A stretch of DNA of 64,000 nt from positions 70,655 to 134,654 of the forward strand of contig JYNZ01000003.1 of the NCBI GenBank assembly GCA_001567355.1, given 5' to 3'. Both the position numbers and the translations under genes were made by a program. Positions 50,676 through 60,846 of this stretch are shown one piece after another. Position 1 is the stretch's first letter. Each line of letters opens with the position of its first letter. The notes under the pieces were generated by a model, which was given only the letters and a program-made list of their open reading frames with translations, had not been told where the DNA came from and ran no database searches. This DNA comes from a candidate division WS6 bacterium OLB20 (GTDB lineage Bacteria > Patescibacteriota > Dojkabacteria > B142 > OLB20).

Positions 50676-51569
50676 GTGAAGAAGATTATTGAAATTAAAG
50701 ATTTTACAAAATCCTTCGGTAGCCAGACGGCAGTTGATAATCTCAGTTTTGATGTTTACGAAGGCGATATTTTTGCCTTTCTGGGCAGTAACGGTTCAGG
50801 GAAAACCACTACAATCCGCTGTCTGCTTGATATCTACACTCCCGACTCCGGTACACTGCACCTCTTTGGCCGCCCGTACGAGTTTTCAATGAGCAAGGAT
50901 ATCGGATACCTGCCTGAGGAGCGTGGCATCTACACAAGGTCCAGAGTCATCGATCTGTTTGTCTACTTTGGTAATCTGCGCGGCATCAGTACGAAAGACG
51001 CACTGGACAACGCCCATCAGTATCTTGAACGTGTCGGTCTGATTGAGCACAAAGACAAGCAGGTTTCGCAGCTCAGTTCAGGAATGCAGCAGAAGGTCCA
51101 GGTCGGACTTGCACTGCAGCATCATCCCCGCCTGCTGCTGCTTGATGAGCCGTTTAAAGGCCTTGACCCGCTTAACCGTCAGCTCTTTATCGAAATGTTT
51201 AAGGAACTGAAGGAGCAGGGTGTAACTATCGTATACAGCACTCACGTGATCGACGAGGCTCAGCGTCTGACTGACAGGCTGGTGATAATCAACGATGGAA
51301 AGCGCAAAGCCTATGGAACAACAGAAGAAGTCCGCAAGACTCACGGCAGTGAACACATCCACCTTGAGTTTACCGGTAAATTCCCGAAGAGATCCGAACT
51401 CTATACATCCGTAAGCACTACAAAAACTGCAGAGATCATTCCAAACAAAGGCGTTGATCCGGAAGAAATTCTGCAGGAGCTGCTGGCATCAGATCTCAGA
51501 ATAATTTCGTTCAGGATTGATCTGCCCAGTCTAAATGAAGTATTTATTGCACTCAGCAAAGATGAATAG
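50676..51569 (+). CDS. ABC transporter ATP-binding protein (ABC-2 subfamily)
   Basis: Walker A 'GSNGSGKTT', signature 'LSSGMQQKVQVGLAL', Walker B 'LLLDEPFKGLD'. GTG start. Confidence 0.8.
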   Translation: MKKIIEIKDFTKSFGSQTAVDNLSFDVYEGDIFAFLGSNGSGKTTTIRCLLDIYTPDSGTLHLFGRPYEFSMSKDIGYLPEERGIYTRSRVIDLFVYFGNLRGISTKDALDNAHQYLERVGLIEHKDKQVSQLSSGMQQKVQVGLALQHHPRLLLLDEPFKGLDPLNRQLFIEMFKELKEQGVTIVYSTHVIDEAQRLTDRLVIINDGKRKAYGTTEEVRKTHGSEHIHLEFTGKFPKRSELYTSVSTTKTAEIIPNKGVDPEEILQELLASDLRIISFRIDLPSLNEVFIALSKDE

Positions 51570-52788
51570 AATGCTCGTCGTCGCAAAATTTGAATACCTG
51601 AAAACCGTTAAAAGAAAGGCGTTCTGGTTTGCAACGCTGTTCATGCCGGTCATGATTGTTGTCATCATGGCTGTATCGGCTTTCAGCAGTGTAGAAGGCA
51701 GCAAACGACTCGAACAGGTTTCTGAGAGCATTGATCATATCACCGTTATTGACGAGGCAGGACTGATCAGCGAGTCACTCTTCAGTGATCCCGTGTTCAA
51801 AGGAGACAGCTTTGAACAGGCACGGCAGCAGGTTCAGTCCGGAGAGACAGACGCTGTAGTGTTTTTTCCTGAAGACACACTCACAAGCGGCTCCTATCAG
51901 GTTGTTACAAAAGATGTCGGACTGTTTCAGACATTCGGTTACCAGGGTTTTGCAGAGGCATTGATCCAGCAGAGCGCGTATGAGCGCATTGATGATCCGA
52001 CAGCAATTGCAATGATCACGCAGCCGCTGAGCAGTCAGGTTACGGTATTCGGCGAAAACGGTCAGACACAGCCCTTCGGCGTTGAACGGTTTATCGTTCC
52101 TGGCGTATCTCTGCTGTTCTTCTTTCTGAGTGTGTTTATCTCAGGACAGTACATGCTGCAGAGTGTCGCCGAAGAGAAAGAGAACCGCATGATAGAAAAC
52201 CTGCTGTCCATGGTGAGTTCACGTTCTCTGATCTTCGGCAAGCTTCTGGGACTGACCGGGGCTGCGTTTACACAGCTGATTGTCTGGGCCGTGCTTGGAG
52301 GAGGTGCTGTCATCTTTGGAATAGCAAACGAGTCCATTGATGTTGCAATTGACTTCAGCCAGGCTCCACTTGAGACAATACCGGTAAATATCATCTTCAC
52401 CCTGCTCGGTTTTCTGTTTTTTGCATCCGTGATGACGGGTGTTGGCGGCATTGGAACCAGCTACAAGGACAGTCAGAGCCTTTCCTCCGTATTTGTGATT
52501 CTGTCTGTACTCCCGTTCTACTTCATTACCATCCTGCTGTCAGATCCCAATGGGGTGATCGCACAGGTAGTCAGTTACTTCCCGTTTACATCAGCCATGA
52601 TCTTTATTCTCCGCAATTCAATCACCACACTCAGTCCGCTTGAGGTGGGCTTCGGGTTACTGATTAACCTGGTCTATGTGGCGCTGGCGGGGCTGCTTGC
52701 ACTAAAGCTGTTTAATCTCGGCTCGCTGATGTATAACAGACGGCCAAAGATGCGCGAAATCATGCATGTACTCCTGAAACGGGGATAA
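51562..52788 (+). CDS. ABC-2 type transporter permease
   Basis: N-terminal TM, a large extracytoplasmic loop and a C-terminal 5-TM bundle. It overlaps the ATPase gene by 8 nt. Confidence 0.7.
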   Translation: MNRMLVVAKFEYLKTVKRKAFWFATLFMPVMIVVIMAVSAFSSVEGSKRLEQVSESIDHITVIDEAGLISESLFSDPVFKGDSFEQARQQVQSGETDAVVFFPEDTLTSGSYQVVTKDVGLFQTFGYQGFAEALIQQSAYERIDDPTAIAMITQPLSSQVTVFGENGQTQPFGVERFIVPGVSLLFFFLSVFISGQYMLQSVAEEKENRMIENLLSMVSSRSLIFGKLLGLTGAAFTQLIVWAVLGGGAVIFGIANESIDVAIDFSQAPLETIPVNIIFTLLGFLFFASVMTGVGGIGTSYKDSQSLSSVFVILSVLPFYFITILLSDPNGVIAQVVSYFPFTSAMIFILRNSITTLSPLEVGFGLLINLVYVALAGLLALKLFNLGSLMYNRRPKMREIMHVLLKRG

Positions 52789-54894
52789 TCAGATAAACAC
52801 CTTGATGTCTGCTGCGTAGACTTTATCCCGTGTCACAAACAGAGGATTGATATCAAGCTGTGTAATGTTGGTATTAAACTTGATCAGTTTTGAGACCGCT
52901 GTAAGAACATCAGCCACACCTTCAAGATCATAGCGCTTTCCGCGGTAGCCGGATATCATCGATCCTATCTTAGTATTACTGATTAGCGCCAGAGCCTCTT
53001 TTTTAGTAACCGGCAGCAGCTGCAGTGCGACATCCTGATACAGTTCTGTGTAAATGCCTCCTGCTCCAAACAGAAGCACATGCCCGAAACCAGCATTGTG
53101 AACAAATGTCTGACCGTTATACTCCTTCAGTACTGGCATATCCTTCTTGACCCCGATTATGATCTCAAGTTTATCTTCTACAAACGGCTGCAGTTCAAAT
53201 GCGTGACCGTTCCAGCCCTGTGACTTTGCAATATCATCAAGTTCGCGGGCATTGTTTTCAAGTTCAAGCTCGTTTTTTATTCCGAGCCGCACAGCCTTAA
53301 ACTCCGTTTTGTGAATCAGCTTGGGATGAACAAGTTTAAGTACCATCGGGTAGGGCAGATTATCCTTTTCTGCCAGCAGCGATTTTTTACTTTCAAACAC
53401 AGTGCTTTCAAGCAGAGAAATATCATAGGAACGGAAAAGATCCTGAGCTGCAGCAAGCGGGACAGTACCTCCGACAGCCGCAGCTTCAAGTGTTTTATTC
53501 ACCTTTGCCGGCATATACAGCTTGGGTTTCTTTCGTTTTGCCTCTTTAACTCTCGTACTCCATTTAACAAGTTCACCCAGCACTACAGCTGCATCGTTAG
53601 GAAAACTGAACTGCGGTATCTGCTCGCGGTCAAGAAAATCAACAGCCTGTCGGATACTTTCACCACCAAGAAACGATGCAACTACCGGCTTATTGTGGGC
53701 ATCTGCTATCTCATTGACGTACTTTGCAGTGAGAAGCGACTGGGTTACGCGCTGCGGAGTCAGGACAACCAGAACAGCATCCACACTTCTGTCTCTGATC
53801 ACGATATCAAGCACCTGACGGTAGCGTTCGGCAAGTGCATCTCCCAGCAGATCAACCGGATTTGCTGTGCTTGCCTCTTCGGGCAGGATAACCTCCAGTT
53901 TCTTCTGCAGCTTTTCTGCAAACGGGATAACATGCAGCCCTTGGGCCTCAAGATCATCAACCGTCTGTATACCGACTCCGCCTGCGTTTGTAATAACTGC
54001 AACACGGTTTCCTTTTGGCAGCGGCTGCCAGGCTATGAGTTTTGTGATGTTGAAAAGGGCTTCGATTGTATCGACACGGATACATCCTGCGTCTTCGAGT
54101 GCTGCATCAATGATTCTTTCATCTCCGGCTATCGAGCCGGTGTGAGAAGCCATGGCATGCTGCGCGCCTTTACTCTTACCGGGTTTCAGTATCACAACGG
54201 GTTTATCATTTGTGATGCGTCGTGCCTCGTACACAAATTCCTGCCCGTTCACAAAATCCTCCAGATAAAACAGTAATGTTTTGACTTTGGGATTAGCTCC
54301 AAATTCTCGCAGCAGGTCATTTTCGTTAACCGAGACCTTATTTCCAACGGAAACAAAGTGACTGAGCCCGATCTCGTTTTTCTGCGCCCAGTCAAGAAAG
54401 GACGTACCCATTGCACCGGACTGGGAAACGTACGCGATATTGCCCGGATGCGCTGAAGTCTGAGAGAACGTGGCATCCACCGGAACCTCTGTATTGATAA
54501 ATCCCAGGCAGTTTGGACCGGTGATTTTGATGCCGCTCCGCTTAACAAGCGCAGCGATCTCCAGTTCTTTCTGTTCACCCTGTTCTCCGGTTTCTGCAAA
54601 TCCTGCAGTAATAACCACCGCATGTTTGACACCTTTCATGACACATTCTTCAAGGACTTCGAGCACAAACCGGGCCGGAACAGCCACAACCGCCATACTT
54701 ACAGGGTGGGGTATCCGGGTTACACTCGCGTACACGTCTACTCCCTGTATTATGTCTGCATGTGGATTAACTGCAAATATTCTGCCGCTATAACCTGACG
54801 CAAGGATGTTTGCCAGCACGACCGAACCGATCTTATCCGGCTCACGGCTGGCACCTATGACAGCAATTGATTCTGGCGCGTAAAGTCCGGACAT
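52789..54894 (-). CDS. acetate--CoA ligase (ADP-forming), fused alpha-beta subunits (NDP-forming acyl-CoA synthetase)
   Basis: N-terminal CoA-binding 'SIAVIGASREPDKIGS', 'GPNCLGFI', 'SQSGAMG', and a C-terminal ATP-grasp domain. 701 aa. Confidence 0.8.
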   Translation of the reverse strand: MSGLYAPESIAVIGASREPDKIGSVVLANILASGYSGRIFAVNPHADIIQGVDVYASVTRIPHPVSMAVVAVPARFVLEVLEECVMKGVKHAVVITAGFAETGEQGEQKELEIAALVKRSGIKITGPNCLGFINTEVPVDATFSQTSAHPGNIAYVSQSGAMGTSFLDWAQKNEIGLSHFVSVGNKVSVNENDLLREFGANPKVKTLLFYLEDFVNGQEFVYEARRITNDKPVVILKPGKSKGAQHAMASHTGSIAGDERIIDAALEDAGCIRVDTIEALFNITKLIAWQPLPKGNRVAVITNAGGVGIQTVDDLEAQGLHVIPFAEKLQKKLEVILPEEASTANPVDLLGDALAERYRQVLDIVIRDRSVDAVLVVLTPQRVTQSLLTAKYVNEIADAHNKPVVASFLGGESIRQAVDFLDREQIPQFSFPNDAAVVLGELVKWSTRVKEAKRKKPKLYMPAKVNKTLEAAAVGGTVPLAAAQDLFRSYDISLLESTVFESKKSLLAEKDNLPYPMVLKLVHPKLIHKTEFKAVRLGIKNELELENNARELDDIAKSQGWNGHAFELQPFVEDKLEIIIGVKKDMPVLKEYNGQTFVHNAGFGHVLLFGAGGIYTELYQDVALQLLPVTKKEALALISNTKIGSMISGYRGKRYDLEGVADVLTAVSKLIKFNTNITQLDINPLFVTRDKVYAADIKVFI

Positions 54895-55565
54895 TACTGT
54901 GTCTGGATGGAGTTAACAACGGCTGATGTTTCTGGTGTGGGTTCACCGGTTACAAACAGCGACAGACCGTTATTGAGCGTGTATTGTGTATAGAGGATTT
55001 CGGCATGTTTATCCGGCGTGCAGATCTGTCCGTCGCTTGTACGCTGACATGATGACCGTCGAAACTGACTTGCAATAATCTCTTCTCCACCGATAAAGCT
55101 TACAACAGGAAACCGTGTGGCCTCTGACTGACTCATGAGGTTGGCATCAGTACTGACAGTAACCTCTGTACCGCCATCAGTAAAAACTGCAGTAAAGCAG
55201 TCTGAGGCTACCCCCTCCTGTCTGCAGTCAAGCAATCCGGATTCTCCTGCGCTGTAACCGGGATGACGGAGTGCAAAGCCATACTCTTCATTAGTATATG
55301 TTTCCCAGTCCACTGTGGTCTGTGAGCTTACTTCTTCGTAGCTGATAAGCCCGTCGCTTCCGTTTTGTTTCATCTCCTCCTCAGCCTGATTTATCTGAAA
55401 GATCGAGCGCAGATCGGCAAGATTGTACGCGGCAGCAATGCGAATATCGCTCAGTCCGATAAATGACTGTATTGTGACGATAACTGCTGTCATGGTAAGA
55501 CCGAACACAAGTCCGAGTGCGATACTGCGGGTATGGAGAAGCTCCTGTTGTTTTCCGGCTTTCAT
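54894..55565 (-). CDS. hypothetical single-pass membrane protein (223 aa)
   Basis: N-terminal TM 'IALGLVFGLTMTAVIVTI'. Translationally coupled to the acetyl-CoA synthetase gene downstream and to the 73-aa ORF upstream. Confidence 0.5.
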   Translation of the reverse strand: MKAGKQQELLHTRSIALGLVFGLTMTAVIVTIQSFIGLSDIRIAAAYNLADLRSIFQINQAEEEMKQNGSDGLISYEEVSSQTTVDWETYTNEEYGFALRHPGYSAGESGLLDCRQEGVASDCFTAVFTDGGTEVTVSTDANLMSQSEATRFPVVSFIGGEEIIASQFRRSSCQRTSDGQICTPDKHAEILYTQYTLNNGLSLFVTGEPTPETSAVVNSIQTQ

Positions 55566-55783
55566 GGTCTGTCAGTTTCTGGAGTAAAATCAACAGATTC
55601 ATTTATTTCTTCCAGAGAGTCGAGCGTCACCTCGTGTGCCTCTTCGAGTGAGAAAAACATGATGATACTTACCAGGACAGAGCCTATCACAGCGCCAAGG
55701 GCGGCGCCAAGGATAAACTGGTCAACCTGGATTACCGGTTCACCGGCAGATTTTTTACGCGGGGTTGATTTGATTTTTGCCAT
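55562..55783 (-). CDS. small membrane protein (73 aa)
   Basis: Basic N-terminus, one TM segment and an acidic C-terminus. Its stop overlaps the start of the 223-aa gene. Confidence 0.4.
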   Translation of the reverse strand: MAKIKSTPRKKSAGEPVIQVDQFILGAALGAVIGSVLVSIIMFFSLEEAHEVTLDSLEEINESVDFTPETDRP

Positions 55784-55837
55784 GCTGGACAGCTAATTAC
55801 TCTCAGCATAGCGCAATTGAAATACGAGGTAAAGGAT

Positions 55838-56383
55838 CTATGGCTTCCAGATAATTTCTGCTGCACCTGCCTTGTGATTGATCAGACGTGCACGCGCAAA
55901 CATCCAGTCAGACAGACGATTTATATAGGCAAGCATCAGCATGCGGTCAGGAGTCGTTTCAGAGAGTGCTGCTACACAACGTTCGGCTCGCCTGCAGATC
56001 GCACGCGCGTAAAAGAGCTGCGAAGCAGTCATGTCGCCACCCGGGAGGATAAAGTTCTTAAGTTCCGGTGTTTCTGCTGTCATTGTATCAATCTGCTCTT
56101 CAAGTGTTGCGGTATCTGACTCCTGCATTCGTGCAAGATTCTTGAGAAGAGGTGATCCCGCCGGAGTAGCGACAAGCGAGCCGGCCCTGAACAGGACATG
56201 CTGGATCGACATAATGAGATCTGCCGTCTGTTTGTCAGCTGCGGCAGCAACAACACCAAGGTACGCATTCAACTCGTCTATTGTACCGAGAGCTGCGAAT
56301 ACAGGATCAGTCTTAGGAAGACGCTGTCCCCCGTATAATCCGCTTGTACCGGAGTCACCTGTCTTCGTATAGAGTTTGCTCAT
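55838..56383 (-). CDS. ATP:cob(I)alamin adenosyltransferase, PduO/MMAB type
   Basis: N-terminus 'YTKTGDSGTSGL' and the overall helical-bundle pattern 'TIDELNAYLGV...'. Confidence 0.75.
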   Translation of the reverse strand: MSKLYTKTGDSGTSGLYGGQRLPKTDPVFAALGTIDELNAYLGVVAAAADKQTADLIMSIQHVLFRAGSLVATPAGSPLLKNLARMQESDTATLEEQIDTMTAETPELKNFILPGGDMTASQLFYARAICRRAERCVAALSETTPDRMLMLAYINRLSDWMFARARLINHKAGAAEIIWKP

Positions 56384-57321
56384 TGCAGCAGTTCTTTGAG
56401 TCGTGAAGTAAGCTCACGCAGCGATGTATCATCAAGCACCGATACTGTCACTGCAGGCTGCACTCCAAGCCGGCGCTTAAAATCAGCAATATAGTCGGCA
56501 TCAAATTCATCAGATTTGGTCAGTGCAATCAGCTCCGGTTTGCCAGGCAGTGCCGGGTCAATTTCTTCAAGCTCATTACGCATTGCCGTGTAGGCTCGTG
56601 CAGGATCGGATTCCTCGAGACTGATGCAGTGCAGGATCGCTTTGGAACTGCCTATGTGACGGGTGAACTTTCGGCCAAGTCCCTTTCCTTTTGCGCTCCC
56701 TTCAATCAGGCCTGGAAAATCAAGAATGATCATGCCGTCCGCGACAGCTGCTGATGGTTCAAGCGTAGTAAACGGGTAGGCACCCACCTTTGCTTTAGCA
56801 TTAGAAAGTGCATTAATCAAACTGCTTTTGCCTGCATTAGGAAACCCGATCATCACGACATCCGTTATCAGCTTCAGTGTGATGTATGTCTGCAGACGTG
56901 TGCCGGCCTTACCGGGTGTTGCTTTTCTGAGAGTGAGGCGCTGACCGCTGCGAAAATTGTAGTTGCCGAGTCCTCCCTGACCGCCCGTTGCAAGCAGAAC
57001 ACGCTGACCGTCTTCAGTTACCTCTGCAAGAACGTTTCCCGCAAGGTCTGTAACTTCTGTGACAAGCGGCACGCGGATCTCCAGGTCTTTGCTGTTTTTA
57101 CCCTGTTTGCGTTCGCTGCCTCCCGGCTCACCTTTGCCGGCTTCAAACACATCCTGCTTCACAAAGGATCTAAGATCAAAACGCTGAGCGTCACCAATCA
57201 GCCAGATGTCTCCACCCTTACCACCGTCTCCTCCGGAAGGCTTTTTATCAATGCCAAAAGCAATCGCGCCATTACCTCCTGTGCCCGAACGAAAGTCGGC
57301 ACGGACCTTATCTATGAACAT
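56380..57321 (-). CDS. obg: GTPase Obg (Obg fold plus G domain; no C-terminal TGS extension)
   Basis: 'MFIDKVR', a Gly-rich Obg fold, G1 'GFPNAGKSSL' and G3 'DFPGLIEGA'. Confidence 0.85.
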   Translation of the reverse strand: MFIDKVRADFRSGTGGNGAIAFGIDKKPSGGDGGKGGDIWLIGDAQRFDLRSFVKQDVFEAGKGEPGGSERKQGKNSKDLEIRVPLVTEVTDLAGNVLAEVTEDGQRVLLATGGQGGLGNYNFRSGQRLTLRKATPGKAGTRLQTYITLKLITDVVMIGFPNAGKSSLINALSNAKAKVGAYPFTTLEPSAAVADGMIILDFPGLIEGSAKGKGLGRKFTRHIGSSKAILHCISLEESDPARAYTAMRNELEEIDPALPGKPELIALTKSDEFDADYIADFKRRLGVQPAVTVSVLDDTSLRELTSRLKELLQ

Positions 57322-57344
57322 ACCTGATGATTGTTTAATTTGTG

Positions 57345-58559
57345 TTAAAGCGAGCCGCCGGAAGCCAGCATGACACCCGCTATAAACAGGATTATAGCAA
57401 TTACTACAAGAATTCCGATAACAATCAGCAGACCACGCCTGCTGCCGCCGGACTGAGCCGGCTGTTCGGCTGGTATCGGGGGCAGTGCTCCGGGGAGATT
57501 GTCAAGAATATCAAGATTGGTATTGGGTGTGCCAGCGGGCTGCTGCATCATAGCAGGACCTGAAGTCTCTGCAGCTGGAGCTAACGGAGGCATCTGTGAC
57601 TGACCGGGTACAGCTTCCACCGGTGTTGTCGGCTGGCCGGCAAGCGACTGTACAGGTTGTGCACCTGTCAGGGGATCCGGCTGCTGCATTTGCGGAACAG
57701 ATCCGCTCACCATATCCAGGGGATCACCTGCAGTCGCAGCGGGCATCTGATCCTGCATACCTGCAGACACTGATGAATTCATCATGGGATCACCGGGCGG
57801 AATTGCAGGCTGGTCATCCGCAGGGATTGTAAACACGTTTGTGTCTTCTGCAGGAACTGACTGTCCCATTGAAAGGGTAGCAGTTTCAGCTGCAGGTGGT
57901 GCTGCTGGTTCTTCTGGCGCAGGTGGTGTAACAGGCGGCTGGATCTGGACCGGAGGCTGCATGGCAGCCGGGGTCGGTTCCTGAACTGGCTCCATTGAGT
58001 CATTAGAAAGTGCAGAAAGATCGAGCCCCTGATTAACCGGTTGAGCAGGCTCTTCACCTTCAAAAGCCGGACCGGCTGTCTCAACCACATCCTTCATGAT
58101 ATCTGCAACGGGATCCGCTGCGGCCTGCGGCTGAACAGGTGCCGAAGGCTGCACAGGCTGTGCCATATCTGCAGACGGCTGAACAGGTGCAGGCACGGGA
58201 TCAATGGGCTGTGAACTCTGAACTGGCCGCGCATCCTGAGCTGCTGATGTCTGCGGCTGCATCTGCTGTGCAGGCTGCATACCCTGTGCGGGAGCTGCCT
58301 GTGTTGCAGGCGGGGTAGAGTACTGCTGCAAGTCATTAGTCCCTGAGTTCATTGCAGGTGGCATCGGTGCAGGCTGGCTGGGTACAGCTGTTTCCCCCTG
58401 CAGAGGATCAACTGCCGGAAGCGGTGTCACAGCAGACGCGTCTGTCGCACCCATTGCAAGTGGATCGCTCATGGGTGCAGTCTGACCGTTCAATGTAGGT
58501 GTTGCCGGATCATTTGTTCCGGTAGGGTTTTGGTTTGGGACAGTGCCGGTACCAGCCAT
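57345..58559 (-). CDS. Pro/Gln/Ala-rich low-complexity protein with a single C-terminal TM anchor (tail-anchored)
   Basis: About 400 aa of PQ/PA/PV-rich sequence, ending 'RRGLLIVIGILVVIAIILFIAGVMLASGGSL'. Start placed at the internal Met 58559; the extension to 58763 would overlap the divergent gene. Confidence 0.55.
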   Translation of the reverse strand: MAGTGTVPNQNPTGTNDPATPTLNGQTAPMSDPLAMGATDASAVTPLPAVDPLQGETAVPSQPAPMPPAMNSGTNDLQQYSTPPATQAAPAQGMQPAQQMQPQTSAAQDARPVQSSQPIDPVPAPVQPSADMAQPVQPSAPVQPQAAADPVADIMKDVVETAGPAFEGEEPAQPVNQGLDLSALSNDSMEPVQEPTPAAMQPPVQIQPPVTPPAPEEPAAPPAAETATLSMGQSVPAEDTNVFTIPADDQPAIPPGDPMMNSSVSAGMQDQMPAATAGDPLDMVSGSVPQMQQPDPLTGAQPVQSLAGQPTTPVEAVPGQSQMPPLAPAAETSGPAMMQQPAGTPNTNLDILDNLPGALPPIPAEQPAQSGGSRRGLLIVIGILVVIAIILFIAGVMLASGGSL

Positions 58560-58674
58560 AGAATCAGTTATAACAATTTCAACCAGTGTGACATATAGCT
58601 GTACAAATATCAAACTTGCATGTGCCGTGAAAACAGGTAACAATGATATAATTACGCAGTTAAAAACCTGGATC

Positions 58675-60846
58675 ATGGCAGGACTTGCACACACGCCAGA
58701 ATCATACCGCCCTAGACCTCCAGTGCCCCCTGGCAGAGAGGCTGGTGCAGGTAATCCCCCCAATCAAAATGAGCAGCTCGATGGTACCCACTATGGTAGA
58801 CGGTTTCAAGACGAAGCACTCAGAAGAACCGGAAGCACGCAGGGCAATGGTGAATCTGAGGATCCGGAAAAGGCCGCAAAAGCTAAAGAGAAAGAGTTAA
58901 AGAGAAAAAAGCGGGAGCTTGAGCGTCAGATGACAATCCAGTCCCACCGGTTTGCACTTTCCGGCAGACGTGGAGACAAGCAGGCAGAGGCCGAATTTGA
59001 ACAGCGCCAGCAGAAGCTGCGCCAGGCAGCAGAAAATACCGACATCAAAGCCGAAACAATTGCACAGCTGCGAGGCGAGCTGTCGCAGACAGATGAGCAG
59101 GACAAACGTTCTGCAGTCAAAGACAAACTGGCTGAGCGGACTGCTGAGGCAGAGGCAAGACTGTCTGAAGAGACTGTATCTTCCGATGAAGACCCCCGAG
59201 CATTTGAAGCAGAGATTAGTGAACTTGTTAATGAAGGTGTTGTTCCGCAGGATGCACAGTCACAGGAGGTGCAGGCAGCCCGCAATGCCATCAGGAAATC
59301 AGAACAGGTTCGCGCTGAACTTGCCGAAGTACTCAAGAACCAGACAGCTGAAGCAAAAACACCCGAGACCAGCGCAGAGGATGCGGACATGATCGAACGT
59401 CTGACAAGGTCTGTGCGTAAACGACTTGTTGCAATCAACCTCATGATTACCGGCGTCTTCCGCAGTGCCGAAGACAAGTACAAGATGCTTAAGAATGCCG
59501 GATTCAGCGATGCAGAAATCGCCAGCAGATATCCGGATGTTATCCGCGAAAAGGTATCTGCGGAGCGCGATAGGGCACGGACACAGCTGGAGGAGGATGA
59601 GCGAGCTGCCCGACAGAAACAGACAGAAGAGGAGGAGCGTGCAGAAGAGGTTCGCCAACGGCAGACTGCACTTGAAGAAGAACGGGAACGTGCGGCTGTG
59701 CGTGAAGAGATCGCCCGAAGCAGCGACACATCCAATACAACTAAAGGAACAGAAGCTGCAGACGGACCCCACAAACTCAGAGAAAAGCGAATTCTCGCGA
59801 TTGAACAGATGCGTGGTACTACTCTGCAGGAAAAAGCACTATCCGGCGGCGTTGAGGGTCTCAGCATGACCGAAGTACAGCAGCTGCGTGCAACTGAACT
59901 CGCACAGTTACGAGAGGCGCTGAAGGATCCGGTCATGATGCCCAGGTCAGGCTGGAAGGCGAGAATCGAACAGGCCAACGAAGAAATCCTTATGGACTCG
60001 CTGGCTATGGCACCGCTGTTTGACCCGTCCAATATGTTTGAGACAGGCTCCGGTGTAATGCCCCTCAATAATATTGAAGACTACCTTAGCGACACAGGTA
60101 ACGGACAGCTGACAGGTACCCCGTCAGAGCGTGTGCGTCAGCATATTGCAAACGTGTATAAACGCTATTTTGATGACCCGGAGCAGCAGACTGCACTTGA
60201 ACGGGCGTTTCTGCAGGGCGACACCTCCGGACTTGAGCGCACCGTTGAGAGCACTTCTGCACGGTCACCTGTACTGGAGCGTGCCTATCTCGAGATGGAG
60301 TCAATGTACGAGACCATCATGGAGCGTAACCGGCAGAACCGCCTGCTGATGGCTGTGTTGACCCAGGGTATGCTCGGCAGTGAGGTGCACCCCGATAATC
60401 CGCCGGCGGAGGATGACGCATCCCTTAAAAACTCTGTGGCAGAGGCGCAGTCAAGACTTGAGGGACGTGACCCTGCAGAGACCGCCACGCTGTTTGAACA
60501 GGCAAATACCACATTACGAATGTATGTTGTCGAAGATCTGTTCAGTCGCGTCCAGCCACCCGGCAATATCGAAGCAGTGCGTGCGCTGCTTGCCTCTCCC
60601 GATGCGGTGCTGACAATCACACCATCCGGCGTTGCAATCAGGATGAACGCAAGCGATATCGGTACACTTGTCGAAGCGTACACAAACGGTACAACCCGCG
60701 CAGCAGATGTAGATGCCCGAGGTGTGACAATTGACGGCGTAATATTTTCATCACACGAGACAGACAATCACGAGCTTGGTCATCAGATCAGAGGCGTTCT
60801 GCGTCAGCAGGAGCTGCCGCCAAACAGACATACATCGCCGGCATGA
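58675..60846 (+). CDS. large hypothetical protein (723 aa), charged and coiled-coil-rich
   Basis: Uninterrupted ORF with E/R/K/A-rich helical segments ('KEKELKRKKRELERQ', 'EEEERAEEVRQRQTALEEERERAAVREE'). No catalytic motif. Confidence 0.6.
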   Translation: MAGLAHTPESYRPRPPVPPGREAGAGNPPNQNEQLDGTHYGRRFQDEALRRTGSTQGNGESEDPEKAAKAKEKELKRKKRELERQMTIQSHRFALSGRRGDKQAEAEFEQRQQKLRQAAENTDIKAETIAQLRGELSQTDEQDKRSAVKDKLAERTAEAEARLSEETVSSDEDPRAFEAEISELVNEGVVPQDAQSQEVQAARNAIRKSEQVRAELAEVLKNQTAEAKTPETSAEDADMIERLTRSVRKRLVAINLMITGVFRSAEDKYKMLKNAGFSDAEIASRYPDVIREKVSAERDRARTQLEEDERAARQKQTEEEERAEEVRQRQTALEEERERAAVREEIARSSDTSNTTKGTEAADGPHKLREKRILAIEQMRGTTLQEKALSGGVEGLSMTEVQQLRATELAQLREALKDPVMMPRSGWKARIEQANEEILMDSLAMAPLFDPSNMFETGSGVMPLNNIEDYLSDTGNGQLTGTPSERVRQHIANVYKRYFDDPEQQTALERAFLQGDTSGLERTVESTSARSPVLERAYLEMESMYETIMERNRQNRLLMAVLTQGMLGSEVHPDNPPAEDDASLKNSVAEAQSRLEGRDPAETATLFEQANTTLRMYVVEDLFSRVQPPGNIEAVRALLASPDAVLTITPSGVAIRMNASDIGTLVEAYTNGTTRAADVDARGVTIDGVIFSSHETDNHELGHQIRGVLRQQELPPNRHTSPA

